64,000 nt of DNA from Limnochordia bacterium (GTDB taxonomy: Bacteria > Bacillota > Limnochordia > DTU080 > RSA5), in NCBI GenBank assembly GCA_041686855.1, contig JAWLDA010000007.1:144977-208976 (forward strand), written 5' to 3'. Shown piece by piece: positions 8,650 to 18,213 of the stretch. Within the stretch, counting starts at the first letter, position 1, and each line of letters begins with the position of its first letter. Below the pieces are notes generated by a model. That model saw only the letters and a list, made by a program, of their open reading frames with translations, was not told the DNA's origin and ran no database searches. A program made the translations under genes and the position numbers.

Positions 8650-10114
8650 TCTCGTCCAGTCTCCGCGCTAAAGCGCTGCGCAGTCGTTTGGCCTGCTGCG
8701 GGTGCTCGTCGATGACATTCTGTAACTCATTCGGATCAACCGAGCGATTTGAGAGCCAACTCTCACCCGCGTACGGCGTGTGCTCGACCGGCCTGCATCC
8801 TTCCGGCGTGTACGGCCCCACGTTGAAGCGTTGAAAGAGCGGCAGCCGGTGGCTGTACCAATTGAGCGGGGCATTCCCCTCTACAGGTTGCTGGTGCAAC
8901 ACCCAGCGGCCGTCGGCGATCGACATCCCCTGGCCGAACATGCCGTAGATGGCGTACTCACGCGTCGGTATCGAGGCATTTTCAAGGAGAGGCAGCAGGT
9001 TAATGCCGTGGCGATCAGGGGGAATCTCCGCCCCCACCGCTGCAAGGGTCGTCGGGTACAGGTCGACCAATTGTACCAGTTGTTCACGCCGCTCCCCGTG
9101 CCCGAGGGTCGGATGGGCGACGATGAGCGGGATGTGGGCGATCGGGTCGTAAAGGTGGGTCTGCAGCTTGCCCGTACGCCCGCGAGCGCCATTGTACGTG
9201 CCGTGGTCCGATGTGAAGATCACCAAGGTGTCCTTCCAGAGGTCGTGCCGGTCGAGCGCGTCGAGGAGACGACCGAGGCACTTGTCTACATGGACGACAC
9301 TGGCGGCATAAAGCGCCTGCGTGTGCCGGAGTTGGTCCGATGTGAGCCCCGACTTCGCGATCTCCTGATACGGCGCGATCGGCAGGTACTCGTCAATGTC
9401 GTACCCGCGGGGATCAAACATCTTAACAAACCGCTCCGGCGGATCCCACGGCTCGTGCGGCGGAAAACAATCGACGTGAAGGAAGAAGTCCTCCCGCGTG
9501 TGGTTGCGATCCACCCAATCGGCCGCCGTCTGAAAGGTCTGGGCCGCAAACCACGTCTCCTCATCGAACGTGCCGTCACTCTTGCGACGAATCAGTTCCA
9601 CATTGCGAAAATGTCGCTCTGTGCCGTGCTTGCGGTATCGCTCCGAGGGAAGCGGCACGTCAATCGGATCCGTCCGGTACGCGTCACCCTCGATGCCTCG
9701 AATAAATTCAAAGCCGGAGAAGCCCATGTGGTAGTTGCCCGACCCCTTCTCCCAGAGGTGGAAGTGATCCGTCGACAGGAAACTGACACGCTGGCCGAGC
9801 GCCAAGGAGCGGTTGGGCAGTCCCGAGACCTCCCGAGGCAAATCCCGGTCGTCATCTTCGAGTGGGCCCCAGCCCCGGAACGGGAACTCATACCGTCCCG
9901 TGTAAATGTCACGCCGAGCCGGCATACAGGGATGAGAGCCGCACCAGCAGTTGTCAAAGACGGTGCCTCGAGCTGCCAACCGGTCAAGGTTTGGGGTCGG
10001 TACCACCCAGTCGGGTTGTCCATCCCCCGTCACTTCGGAGAGGGGACGACCCTGGTGGTACGGGCCACAGTGGTCGCGTCGCAACGTGTCGCAAAGGATC
10101 ATGATGACATTCAT
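8576..10114 (-). CDS. Sulfatase-like hydrolase (alkaline phosphatase superfamily), cytoplasmic
   Basis: MNVIMILCDTLRRDH...CMPARRDIYTG, a C-x-P-x-R-type site. No signal peptide. Confidence 0.75.
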   Translation of the reverse strand: MNVIMILCDTLRRDHCGPYHQGRPLSEVTGDGQPDWVVPTPNLDRLAARGTVFDNCWCGSHPCMPARRDIYTGRYEFPFRGWGPLEDDDRDLPREVSGLPNRSLALGQRVSFLSTDHFHLWEKGSGNYHMGFSGFEFIRGIEGDAYRTDPIDVPLPSERYRKHGTERHFRNVELIRRKSDGTFDEETWFAAQTFQTAADWVDRNHTREDFFLHVDCFPPHEPWDPPERFVKMFDPRGYDIDEYLPIAPYQEIAKSGLTSDQLRHTQALYAASVVHVDKCLGRLLDALDRHDLWKDTLVIFTSDHGTYNGARGRTGKLQTHLYDPIAHIPLIVAHPTLGHGERREQLVQLVDLYPTTLAAVGAEIPPDRHGINLLPLLENASIPTREYAIYGMFGQGMSIADGRWVLHQQPVEGNAPLNWYSHRLPLFQRFNVGPYTPEGCRPVEHTPYAGESWLSNRSVDPNELQNVIDEHPQQAKRLRSALARRLDEIGAPPEQKQRLGIESEAATGERTA

Positions 10115-10222
10115 GGCGGCTCCTCCTTGCGCGAGAAATCGGTCATAAAGGCTAGATTAAGTACTTATTAGTGCAGCGCAGACGCCTTCCTTTGATCTGT
10201 CAGTGAACTAACGCTCTTCTCT

Positions 10223-11374
10223 TTACTCTGGAAGTCCGACATGGTCCCAAAACTGGGTTGACGGCGAGGCCCCGCGATGCAGATTGGGAATAGGGACCGG
10301 CGCGCCTCCCAGCTCTGCAGAGCGTACGGCCATGATGCCAGGCACCGTGTAATCGGCCATGCGATACACGTCAATCGGCGAAGGCCTCCCCTTCAAAATT
10401 GCGTCGACCCAACTCTTGATCAGGCGAATGTCGGTTCCACCGTGGCTCCCCTTCCCTTCTGCCTGAGACGGAGCCGTGCCGATGTCGATCCGCTCCCACC
10501 CCTCACGGTGATCGCGCCCCTTGGCAAAGCGCCGACAGTACCCCTCATAGGCCGACCATTCAGCGCCGCCTTCGGTGCCGAACAGGCGATACCGATGCTC
10601 CTGGGGTCGAGGCGAATTGAGGGTGATGAGGATGCGAATGAGACTCCCATTTGCCGTCTCGAAAAGCGCGATTTGTCCGTCCGACCGAAGAGGAGCCTCC
10701 GGCGACCACCACGGCCCACTGCGACAACTTACCGAGACACACCGATCGTCGAGTACCTCAAGGAGCGGACCTAAGTCGTGCGTCAAATATTGAATCGGGG
10801 GTTGATCCGCCCGCCAGATGGGTTGCACCTCGCGTTGACCACGAGCCTCCGAGGGGCTCAGGCGGGTCCCGTCCCGCGCGAAAAGCGTCTGGGGAAGGTA
10901 ATGCAAGTACTCCGCCTCCGCCAACGAGATCGCGCCGAAAAGACCCTCGACGTACCACTTGCGCCAGTGACTGAGGAAGTAATTAAAGGAGCGATTCTCC
11001 CCCAGCATGTACAACCGACCGCTCCGCTCGACACAATCTCGCAACTGGATCACTTCTTCGAACGTGTACGCGCCGGGAATCTCTGAGAAGACGTGGCACC
11101 CTGCCTCCAGTGCCTGGCACGCGTGCTCCACTTGTCGCTTCGCATTGGTGGCGATCACCATCGCGTCGGGTCGGAGCGCAAGCACCTCTTCGTACTCATG
11201 GAGAACGGGTGTTTTTGCACGGGCCATCACCTTGTGCGCCTGCTCTCTATACTGATCGAGGCGGTCACACACCCCCACCACTTCGACCTCGTCGAGGCTC
11301 ATCAGACTCCTCAGGTGAGCCAGGCCACGTCTTAGTCCCACCACACCTACTCTTAATCGCTCGTTGCCGCCCAT
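10223..11374 (-). CDS. Gfo/Idh/MocA family oxidoreductase
   Basis: N-terminal Rossmann fold (RVGVVGLRRG) and the EKP-like core. C-terminal SHGGTD motif shared with two paralogues. Confidence 0.8.
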   Translation of the reverse strand: MGGNERLRVGVVGLRRGLAHLRSLMSLDEVEVVGVCDRLDQYREQAHKVMARAKTPVLHEYEEVLALRPDAMVIATNAKRQVEHACQALEAGCHVFSEIPGAYTFEEVIQLRDCVERSGRLYMLGENRSFNYFLSHWRKWYVEGLFGAISLAEAEYLHYLPQTLFARDGTRLSPSEARGQREVQPIWRADQPPIQYLTHDLGPLLEVLDDRCVSVSCRSGPWWSPEAPLRSDGQIALFETANGSLIRILITLNSPRPQEHRYRLFGTEGGAEWSAYEGYCRRFAKGRDHREGWERIDIGTAPSQAEGKGSHGGTDIRLIKSWVDAILKGRPSPIDVYRMADYTVPGIMAVRSAELGGAPVPIPNLHRGASPSTQFWDHVGLPE

Positions 11375-11472
11375 CTACTCGCCTCCCGTTAAAAGCCACA
11401 GCCGCCAGCAGAGTTCACGTCGGACGTTCGGAGCAGGACGTTTGACGCGCGACGCTCATACTCACCGCAAAC

Positions 11473-13041
11473 TTACCGCGAAACCCACACCGGGCTCGTC
11501 CAAGCCCACTGGCCGTTTCGCTGAGCGACTCGCATGCGGTATACGTCCGTCTCGCCTTCGGGGTCGTCGACCATGCGCTCTCTCACCGTATAATCGCTTT
11601 GCGGCACGGCTCGGTGAATCCGGACCGATTCCGACAGCCACCCGCGGAAGTTCTCACTGAGGGATCCCTGAATGAGGCGTGCCAAGGGCACCCGCACGCG
11701 CCACTCGTTCATGGTGATCACCAACTCCGCCGCGGGCTCCATGCGCACGGTGAGAATGAGCGCCTGTGTCTCGGGTTGGCGCGGCGAGGGGTTCGCCCAA
11801 CATTTCGACTGCCAGGCGCACGAACGGGCGTCACGGGCGATCAGCCTGTGTGGCACGTCTTCGGAACCGGGCGCGTCGTCGTCTGGCGAGAGAATCGTCT
11901 CGCCCCGAAAGCAGGGCGTCACGTCAACGAGTTCGCCACTTTGGAGCTGCACCGCACCTTCGATCTCAGCCCGCGTCGTCCGGGATCCCCAGCCCCATTC
12001 GATCCGTATCTTCCACTCCGATGACACATCTTGCTTTGATCCCGGCAACGGCGCTTTGTCACGGGCAGACGTGAGGGGCGCTGCTACTGTCGGCGCGGAC
12101 GTACCGATGCTCGGAGCCGTGATACGACGCACGACGCGCTCATTCTTGAGGATGTCGACGAACTCGATGGCGTCTTGACCCACGACGTGCACATCGAGTT
12201 CCCGTTCGCCTGCGGCTGCAATCTCCTCACCCGGCATGGCTCCGTTTACGGTGAAGAGCGCACTGATCTTATCGCCGCTGACCGCGCATGTACGCCGGGC
12301 AAGCAGCGCGTCCCACAGGGATTCGCGGGTGAGCTCCTTGGCCCAAATCCCCACCAGACCGTCTCCGTACGAGCCGGGGAAGCCACCGTGGTGGTCTGTC
12401 CCGCCGACCAGACCAAATCGGTGTCCCTGCTGCAGACCGAATGAAGCCGTCCCCTGCATGTCACGGGGGCCCATGGTGTGGTACAGCGGAAAGGGCGCGT
12501 CGTCGCTCTCTGAACACCCATGGAGGCTAAAGATCTCGACGAGCGGCGAGCGCTGTTCATTGAAATGGGCCCAATTAATCCCGCGACGGCCCGGTCCGTA
12601 GCCGATGTGGTGCGGCATGAGTAAAAACGTACGACCCTGTGCGTGTAGACGAGTCTCCAACTCGTCAAGGTGACGCCCGTCGATAAGCCCACCCGCGAGC
12701 TCTCGGTAGTAAACGTTGTGGTCTCCAGACTCGAGCGAGTGCCATTCATACGATAAAAACGGCACAAAGCGGCCGGGCCGGTCGTAACGTGCCGCCATCT
12801 TGCGCACGTTGGGCCAGTTGCGTGCACAGCGGGCGAAGCCTTCGGTGTGGTAATCGATGATCTGGGCGTAGCGCGAGCGATCCGTCGGCATGTCGGGCCA
12901 GAATGCGTGTCCGGTCACCGAGCAAAAGTCCAATTGTTCCATGGCGCACTCAAGGGCGCGTTCGTACGTCCCGTATCCATACGAGATAGAACAGTGACTG
13001 TGCAAATCTCCCCAGTACAGCGTGTAACCGTTCGTACCCAT
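11473..13041 (-). CDS. DUF3604-like metal-dependent hydrolase (PHP/CehA-like fold)
   Basis: YWGDLHSHCSISYGYG N-terminal metal-binding motif with later His/Asp clusters (GGTDHHGG). No signal peptide. Confidence 0.5.
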   Translation of the reverse strand: MGTNGYTLYWGDLHSHCSISYGYGTYERALECAMEQLDFCSVTGHAFWPDMPTDRSRYAQIIDYHTEGFARCARNWPNVRKMAARYDRPGRFVPFLSYEWHSLESGDHNVYYRELAGGLIDGRHLDELETRLHAQGRTFLLMPHHIGYGPGRRGINWAHFNEQRSPLVEIFSLHGCSESDDAPFPLYHTMGPRDMQGTASFGLQQGHRFGLVGGTDHHGGFPGSYGDGLVGIWAKELTRESLWDALLARRTCAVSGDKISALFTVNGAMPGEEIAAAGERELDVHVVGQDAIEFVDILKNERVVRRITAPSIGTSAPTVAAPLTSARDKAPLPGSKQDVSSEWKIRIEWGWGSRTTRAEIEGAVQLQSGELVDVTPCFRGETILSPDDDAPGSEDVPHRLIARDARSCAWQSKCWANPSPRQPETQALILTVRMEPAAELVITMNEWRVRVPLARLIQGSLSENFRGWLSESVRIHRAVPQSDYTVRERMVDDPEGETDVYRMRVAQRNGQWAWTSPVWVSR

Positions 13042-13189
13042 CTGCCTCGTCCTCTCATGCGGAACATAGCCGCCTTACCATCTTGGTTTTTTTGAAACTG
13101 GAATAACAGAGACAAGTTATCGGTTGGACTCATAAACAACCCGTCAGCGTTTGTCTACTATCAGGGACGGCCTCGTTACGGGCTCCCTA

Positions 13190-13894
13190 TCACCGCAGAG
13201 CCCACTGTACGCCGTTGACAGCCAACTGCCGAAACGCCGGCAGCTCGAAATCCTCGGGGTGCCCCATGGTCGTCGTAAAGACGCGCCCCCCGCCCCAGTG
13301 AACCCACGTCCACGCCACGGGATTCACCTGGCGCTCCGGACGCGAGCTCGGCCCCACCGAACTCCCATCGAGGAGAACCTCCGCCGACGCGGGCGGGTAA
13401 TCGGGCACGACGTGGTACAGCCAGGAGCGGACGTGAAACGACCGCGGAACGCCCTGGAGGATCGGATGCTCTTCCGCCCCGGCCCGGACCGCCACATCGG
13501 TGCTCGACTCATGCCCGTAATGGTAGATCCACGGCGCTCCCAACACCTTAGCTCCAAAGTGGTTCCAGGAGACGAGCGGGTGACCCTCCGGGTACCGAAA
13601 TGCGTGGGTCGAGGTGCGGAACCCGACCACGGGTTTCCCCGCTTTGAGGTACCGCTCGATGGCCGCCACCTGCTCCGGAGGAAGGGTGCGAAAGCGCATG
13701 TAAAAGACCGCGACATCTGCCTCGTCCAATGCGTCGAGGCCAGGAATGTTCGACGAGTTTTTAGGATCGGGCTGAGCAGTAAGCACCGAGGTTTGCACAC
13801 CAAGTGTAGCGCCAACCTCGGACGCCAGATCCGGAAGGGTGAGCTCCGATTTATATTCGTCCTCGCCAGCGACAAAGATTACGTGTTTACTCAT
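13190..13894 (-). CDS. ThuA-like (trehalose-utilisation protein A / class-I glutamine amidotransferase-like) protein
   Basis: MSKHVIFVAGEDEY ... GGRVFTTTMGHPEDF is typical of the ThuA family. GGAGG 9 nt upstream of the ATG at 13894. The six-frame ORF is extended by 20 codons. Confidence 0.7.
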   Translation of the reverse strand: MSKHVIFVAGEDEYKSELTLPDLASEVGATLGVQTSVLTAQPDPKNSSNIPGLDALDEADVAVFYMRFRTLPPEQVAAIERYLKAGKPVVGFRTSTHAFRYPEGHPLVSWNHFGAKVLGAPWIYHYGHESSTDVAVRAGAEEHPILQGVPRSFHVRSWLYHVVPDYPPASAEVLLDGSSVGPSSRPERQVNPVAWTWVHWGGGRVFTTTMGHPEDFELPAFRQLAVNGVQWALR

Positions 13895-13986
13895 GCCAAT
13901 CGCCTCCGCCAACGTGCACTGCAGTGTTAAGCCACGACTTCGGCACTGGGTCAAAAATCCCTGAAAAAAGCTTTAAACATGTTAAA

Positions 13987-15198
13987 ATGAGAGTTGGTGA
14001 TTGTGTAACGATGCGATCTACGCCCCCCCTCAACCTCAACAACTTTCGCTACCGGGACGTCAAAAAGAAGTGTCTCGTCGATCTCGTTGCACAGCGGCAA
14101 CAGTCGCGCTTTGATCTCGCGCAAGCGACCCGGATGAGTCCGTCGACCGTCTCCCAACTCGTCGACGAGTTGATTCGAGACGGCTTGTTGGTCGAGGCCG
14201 GCTACGGAGCCCCTGAAGGGGGCCGCCCTCCGATCCTGCTCGACGTAAATCCCGAGGGCGGGTACCTCGTTGGTTTGGAATTCGCCGCCCACTCTGCCTT
14301 TGGGATCGCTCAGAATCTGCGAGGCGACGTGCTCCTTGAAGAGGAGACCTCCTGGGGCGGCGCAGCAGACCAAGAGCACATTTGGGAACACTTGACCGAG
14401 CTGGTCCGTCACATCCTGGCCCAGCTGGCCGTGCCCGCGGAGCGACTGATCGGCATCGGCGTTGCTTCCCCGGGCCGGGTCGACTCGGTCAACGGCGTCG
14501 TCGAGTACTTCTCACACCTGCCCGACTGGCGGAATGTGCCGGTGCGCGCCCAGATGGAGGAGGCGTTCGGCGTGCCCGTGCATCTGGACCAAAACATGCG
14601 AGCAACCGCCCTCGCGGAGCACGTGTATGGTGCTGGGCGGGGGCATGAGACCATGGCGTACGTTGGCGGTCGGGACGGAATCGGCGCCGGGTTGATGCTA
14701 AATGGCGACCTCTTCCGCGGCAGTTCGTTCACCGCCGGTCAACTGGGTCACTCCGTCATCGCGTGGCCCGGCGGCCCCTTGTGTAAATGTGGGCGCCGAG
14801 GGTGTCTCGAGGCCATCGTGGGACCGGCAGCGCTTGACCAGGAGGTGCAGGAGCTGGGCCTTGGGAAGTCCATCGACGCATTGTGGGACGCGTGTCGCCG
14901 CGGCGAGCCCCGAGCGCTCGCCATCGCCGAGCGTGTTGCTCAGTACCTCGGCGTCGCCCTTTGGAACCTGGTCGCTTTCACGGATCCATCTCTGATCGTC
15001 CTTGGAGGCTACCTCCGCGGCGCCGATGACCGCTTCCTCCATCGAATCAAGGAGGCGATCAGCGAGCGCGCCCCGGTCGACTACGGAACCAAGGTGCGCC
15101 TCGCCTCCACGCAACTCCCCGCCAGCGGCGGCGCGTTAGGCGCTGCGGTCTTGGTCTGGCGCAATACCTTCCAAGCCTACCGATTCGCTAACGGCTAG
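13987..15198 (+). CDS. ROK family transcriptional regulator (NagC/XylR type)
   Basis: wHTH (FDLAQATRMSPSTVSQLVDELI) and a ROK sugar-kinase-like domain with the CKCGRRGCLE zinc motif. Start ambiguous: candidates at 13924, 13987 and 14014. Confidence 0.75.
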   Translation: MRVGDCVTMRSTPPLNLNNFRYRDVKKKCLVDLVAQRQQSRFDLAQATRMSPSTVSQLVDELIRDGLLVEAGYGAPEGGRPPILLDVNPEGGYLVGLEFAAHSAFGIAQNLRGDVLLEEETSWGGAADQEHIWEHLTELVRHILAQLAVPAERLIGIGVASPGRVDSVNGVVEYFSHLPDWRNVPVRAQMEEAFGVPVHLDQNMRATALAEHVYGAGRGHETMAYVGGRDGIGAGLMLNGDLFRGSSFTAGQLGHSVIAWPGGPLCKCGRRGCLEAIVGPAALDQEVQELGLGKSIDALWDACRRGEPRALAIAERVAQYLGVALWNLVAFTDPSLIVLGGYLRGADDRFLHRIKEAISERAPVDYGTKVRLASTQLPASGGALGAAVLVWRNTFQAYRFANG

Positions 15199-16431
15199 CC
15201 CGGAGCGGTCGAACTCGGGCAACGTGACCACGCGCCGCTCCTCGATTGAGCGAATGGCCGCCTCTACCACACTCGTCGCCACCCAACCGCCTCGGCACGA
15301 GACCGTACTCGCCGCACCCCTGCCAAACGCCGACAAGGTCTCGACAAGCCGACGGTCGGCGCCAAAATGGCCAAAGCCGGCATTCGCCGTATCCTTGGCG
15401 TCCTCCGTGAACCGGTGTTTACCATGGTCGGTGATCACGTGCAGAGTCCCTGTCTCACGGATAAGTTGAATTTTCCCTTTGGTGCCGACGATCTCGAAAC
15501 TCTCCTGGTCCGGGGCCTTGGGTCCGTAGACGGTCCAAAAGAGAGAGGCACGCACCTCGTTATTGAACTCGACCGAGACGATGGCGTGATCCAGGATATC
15601 CGCGCCCGGGTAGTAGACGCATACGTCGTGAGCATGTAGGACGTCGGTTGCCTGAGCGACGCTCGGTTGCGTCTTGGCGGCGAGCCGCGTCTCGTTCTGC
15701 GCCATACCCGTGACGCGGTACGGACAATCGCGCTCACACTCGGCGCAGCGAAAGGGCGCCCCCTCCTCTGGAAGGAAGACGTGCCGACCACCGAATGCAT
15801 GCACGTGCACGGGATCGGCCCCGGCAAACCACGAGAAGACGTCAAAGTGGTGTGACGACTTGTCGTTGAGGGCGCCACCACTATAGCGGCGCTCGCGATG
15901 CCAACGGTGAAAGTAGACGTCGTAAGGGATGACCGCACGCAGCAGCAACATGCGTACATCTCCGATGATGCCACTCGACACCAACTCGGCGGCGCGCATC
16001 CAGGGGCGTTCGTACCGCCTTGTGAAGCCGATCAGCACCGTGTTGCCGCTCTCGCGCTCGGCCTCGTAGATCGCTTGGGACTCCTCCGTCGTTCGACCCA
16101 ATGGCTTTTCGCAAAAGACCTTTTTGCCTGAACGGATCGCGGCAATCACCGGCTCGCGATGTTGGTATGTTTGTGTCGTCACCATGACGATGTCGACCGC
16201 CGGATCGTCGATGAGCTGCTGGTAATTCCGGTACCCGGTAGGAACCGGGGCGTTCGGGTACTCAGCTTTCACACACCCAATCGCTTCATCGAGACGTTCC
16301 GGGGTACGGTCGCAGAGTGCGACAAGCTTCAATCCCACCTCGCCGCTCAGTTTCAATATGTTCCGCCCTAAATTCCAAAACCCACGCGTTCCCAAACCAA
16401 TGATCCCGACGCCAAGGGGTCTTTCGCTCAT
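15136..16431 (-). CDS. Gfo/Idh/MocA family oxidoreductase
   Basis: LGVGIIGLGTRG Rossmann fold with conserved EKP and a C-terminal dimerisation domain. Its 3' end overlaps the ROK gene's 3' end by 63 bp in convergent orientation. Confidence 0.8.
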   Translation of the reverse strand: MSERPLGVGIIGLGTRGFWNLGRNILKLSGEVGLKLVALCDRTPERLDEAIGCVKAEYPNAPVPTGYRNYQQLIDDPAVDIVMVTTQTYQHREPVIAAIRSGKKVFCEKPLGRTTEESQAIYEAERESGNTVLIGFTRRYERPWMRAAELVSSGIIGDVRMLLLRAVIPYDVYFHRWHRERRYSGGALNDKSSHHFDVFSWFAGADPVHVHAFGGRHVFLPEEGAPFRCAECERDCPYRVTGMAQNETRLAAKTQPSVAQATDVLHAHDVCVYYPGADILDHAIVSVEFNNEVRASLFWTVYGPKAPDQESFEIVGTKGKIQLIRETGTLHVITDHGKHRFTEDAKDTANAGFGHFGADRRLVETLSAFGRGAASTVSCRGGWVATSVVEAAIRSIEERRVVTLPEFDRSGLAVSESVGLEGIAPDQDRSA

Positions 16432-16449
16432 ACGACCACTCCCTAACCT

Positions 16450-16560
16450 TTTTGTATTTATCTATGTGTTTGACAGTTATCTATCAAGCTGTTATTGTCT
16501 GATTATCTTATTGCTAACTTCTTTCAACTTCGGAATAACCCTTTCGCGTTTTCTCACGAT
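16450..16560 (+). promoter_or_regulatory. AT-rich divergent promoter island. It has a near-consensus sigma70-like -35/-10 (TTGACA, 17 nt, TATTGT) and a ttatctat direct repeat
   Basis: Local AT-rich stretch in otherwise GC-rich DNA, between a minus-strand Gfo/Idh/MocA gene and a plus-strand solute-binding protein gene. Confidence 0.35.
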
Positions 16561-16664
16561 CCCAGTTGCGAACATGTCTGGAAGGAGGATGTCATCTGGC
16601 CGAACCACCCGTGATGCATTCCTAGGAGATAGAGATCTTAGCACGCTACAGGGAGGTTATAGAC

Positions 16665-17954
16665 ATGCGCTTTTACAATGCGGTTGCTCGTCTTAGTGTA
16701 CGCCTTGTGCTACTGCTCACGCTGGTCTTTGCAGCTGTGGGTCCCGTTTGGTCGGCAGATTCAACGACCGTCACCGTGATGCTTCGGGGTCAACCAGACA
16801 TGAACCAAGCCATCGTCGAACTGATCGAAGAGTACTTGAATGACTATCCCACAGATGTAAAGCTCGAAGTGCTCCAAGTCCCAGGCAACGAAGTGTACGA
16901 GAAGCTGCAGGTCATGAGTGCAAGCGACCTCAATCTAGACTTGGTTCACTTTACGACACCGCACGTGTACCCCGCCGCTCACAACGGTTTGGTCGAGAAC
17001 TTGACCGGCTGGATCGAGCGCAGTCCCGACTTTGACCTCGACCAGTACTACCCCGGCGTCATCGAATCCATCGCGTACCAAGGAGACGTCTACGCCCTCC
17101 CCTTTGGACAATCAGGACCCAAAATGCTGTTTTATAACGCCGACCAACTCGACGCGGTCGGTGTACCGTACCCGGACCTCAGTTGGGACTGGGAATCCGA
17201 GGCGATCGATTACGGTCGCCGGTTGCTTCAAGACAAGAACGGCGACGGCAGCCCGGATCAATGGGCCTTTGACGGAAACTTAATCACCAACAATGGAGGC
17301 CTGGACGTTCCGATTATTCGTGCCTATGGCGGTCGCATGTGGACAGAGGACGGGGGCCTGCACCTCACCTCGTCCGAAGCGCAAGAGGCGTATCAGTTCC
17401 TCATCTCACTTTGGAATACGGGCATCTTTAGCCAGGGTGTCTCTCTTTTTGACGGTTGGTCCAATGGGACGCACGCGATGACGATCCTCGGCACAAGCGT
17501 CGTTCCCCGTTTTAGAGAGTCCTCCAACTTTGATTGGGACGCGGCGCAGCCGCCTGCGATGAACGGACATCGCTATACGACCACGTGGGCGGAGTCGCCT
17601 TTCGGGATTCCCGCCCATAGCGCCAACAAGCAAGTTGCTTGGGACATTCTCAAATACATCGTAAGCCCCAGAGGCCAAAGTAAGATCGTTGAGCTCGGAC
17701 TCGCCACGCCGATCCATCGAGATGTGGCCACCAGTCCCGTCTTTTTGGAGGACGCCCCGCCGAGTCGCATGGAGATGGTCGAGGCGTTGGCCTACACATT
17801 GCCCAGGGGCGGTGACGATAGCCTGGTGTGGGGCCGAATTCGCGGGCAGTATACGTCAATGCTGAGAAGGATCCTTGCCGGAGAGATATCACCGTTTGAG
17901 GGAATGACAATGATTCAGCAACAGTACGAGGCTGCGCTCGCGGAGAGCAGGTAG
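16665..17954 (+). CDS. ABC transporter extracellular solute-binding protein (family 1, sugar type), Sec signal peptide, no lipobox
   Basis: Signal peptide (LVLLLTLVFAAVGPVWSADS) and an SBP_bac_1-like core. No permease or ATPase gene adjacent. Confidence 0.8.
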   Translation: MRFYNAVARLSVRLVLLLTLVFAAVGPVWSADSTTVTVMLRGQPDMNQAIVELIEEYLNDYPTDVKLEVLQVPGNEVYEKLQVMSASDLNLDLVHFTTPHVYPAAHNGLVENLTGWIERSPDFDLDQYYPGVIESIAYQGDVYALPFGQSGPKMLFYNADQLDAVGVPYPDLSWDWESEAIDYGRRLLQDKNGDGSPDQWAFDGNLITNNGGLDVPIIRAYGGRMWTEDGGLHLTSSEAQEAYQFLISLWNTGIFSQGVSLFDGWSNGTHAMTILGTSVVPRFRESSNFDWDAAQPPAMNGHRYTTTWAESPFGIPAHSANKQVAWDILKYIVSPRGQSKIVELGLATPIHRDVATSPVFLEDAPPSRMEMVEALAYTLPRGGDDSLVWGRIRGQYTSMLRRILAGEISPFEGMTMIQQQYEAALAESR

Positions 17955-18213
17955 CACCACTGACGTCCGACACGGCACGAACGAGTTAGCATAGACTCCC
18001 GCCCGGCTCGCACGCGGCAGGCACACCGTCTTTGGTGACGCTCGCCTGCCGGTTCGAGCGGGCGCGCGGGCGCGTGTGAGCCGGCCCGTGTAAGCGGGCG
18101 CGTGTGAGCCGGCGCGTTTGCAGGTTAGCAGATGACCATCCGAAGAGCGCCCGCGTCACATTTGCTCAGGGTTGGTCGCCGAATGTGATTGCTATTGTAC
18201 CTCAGCGGGATTT

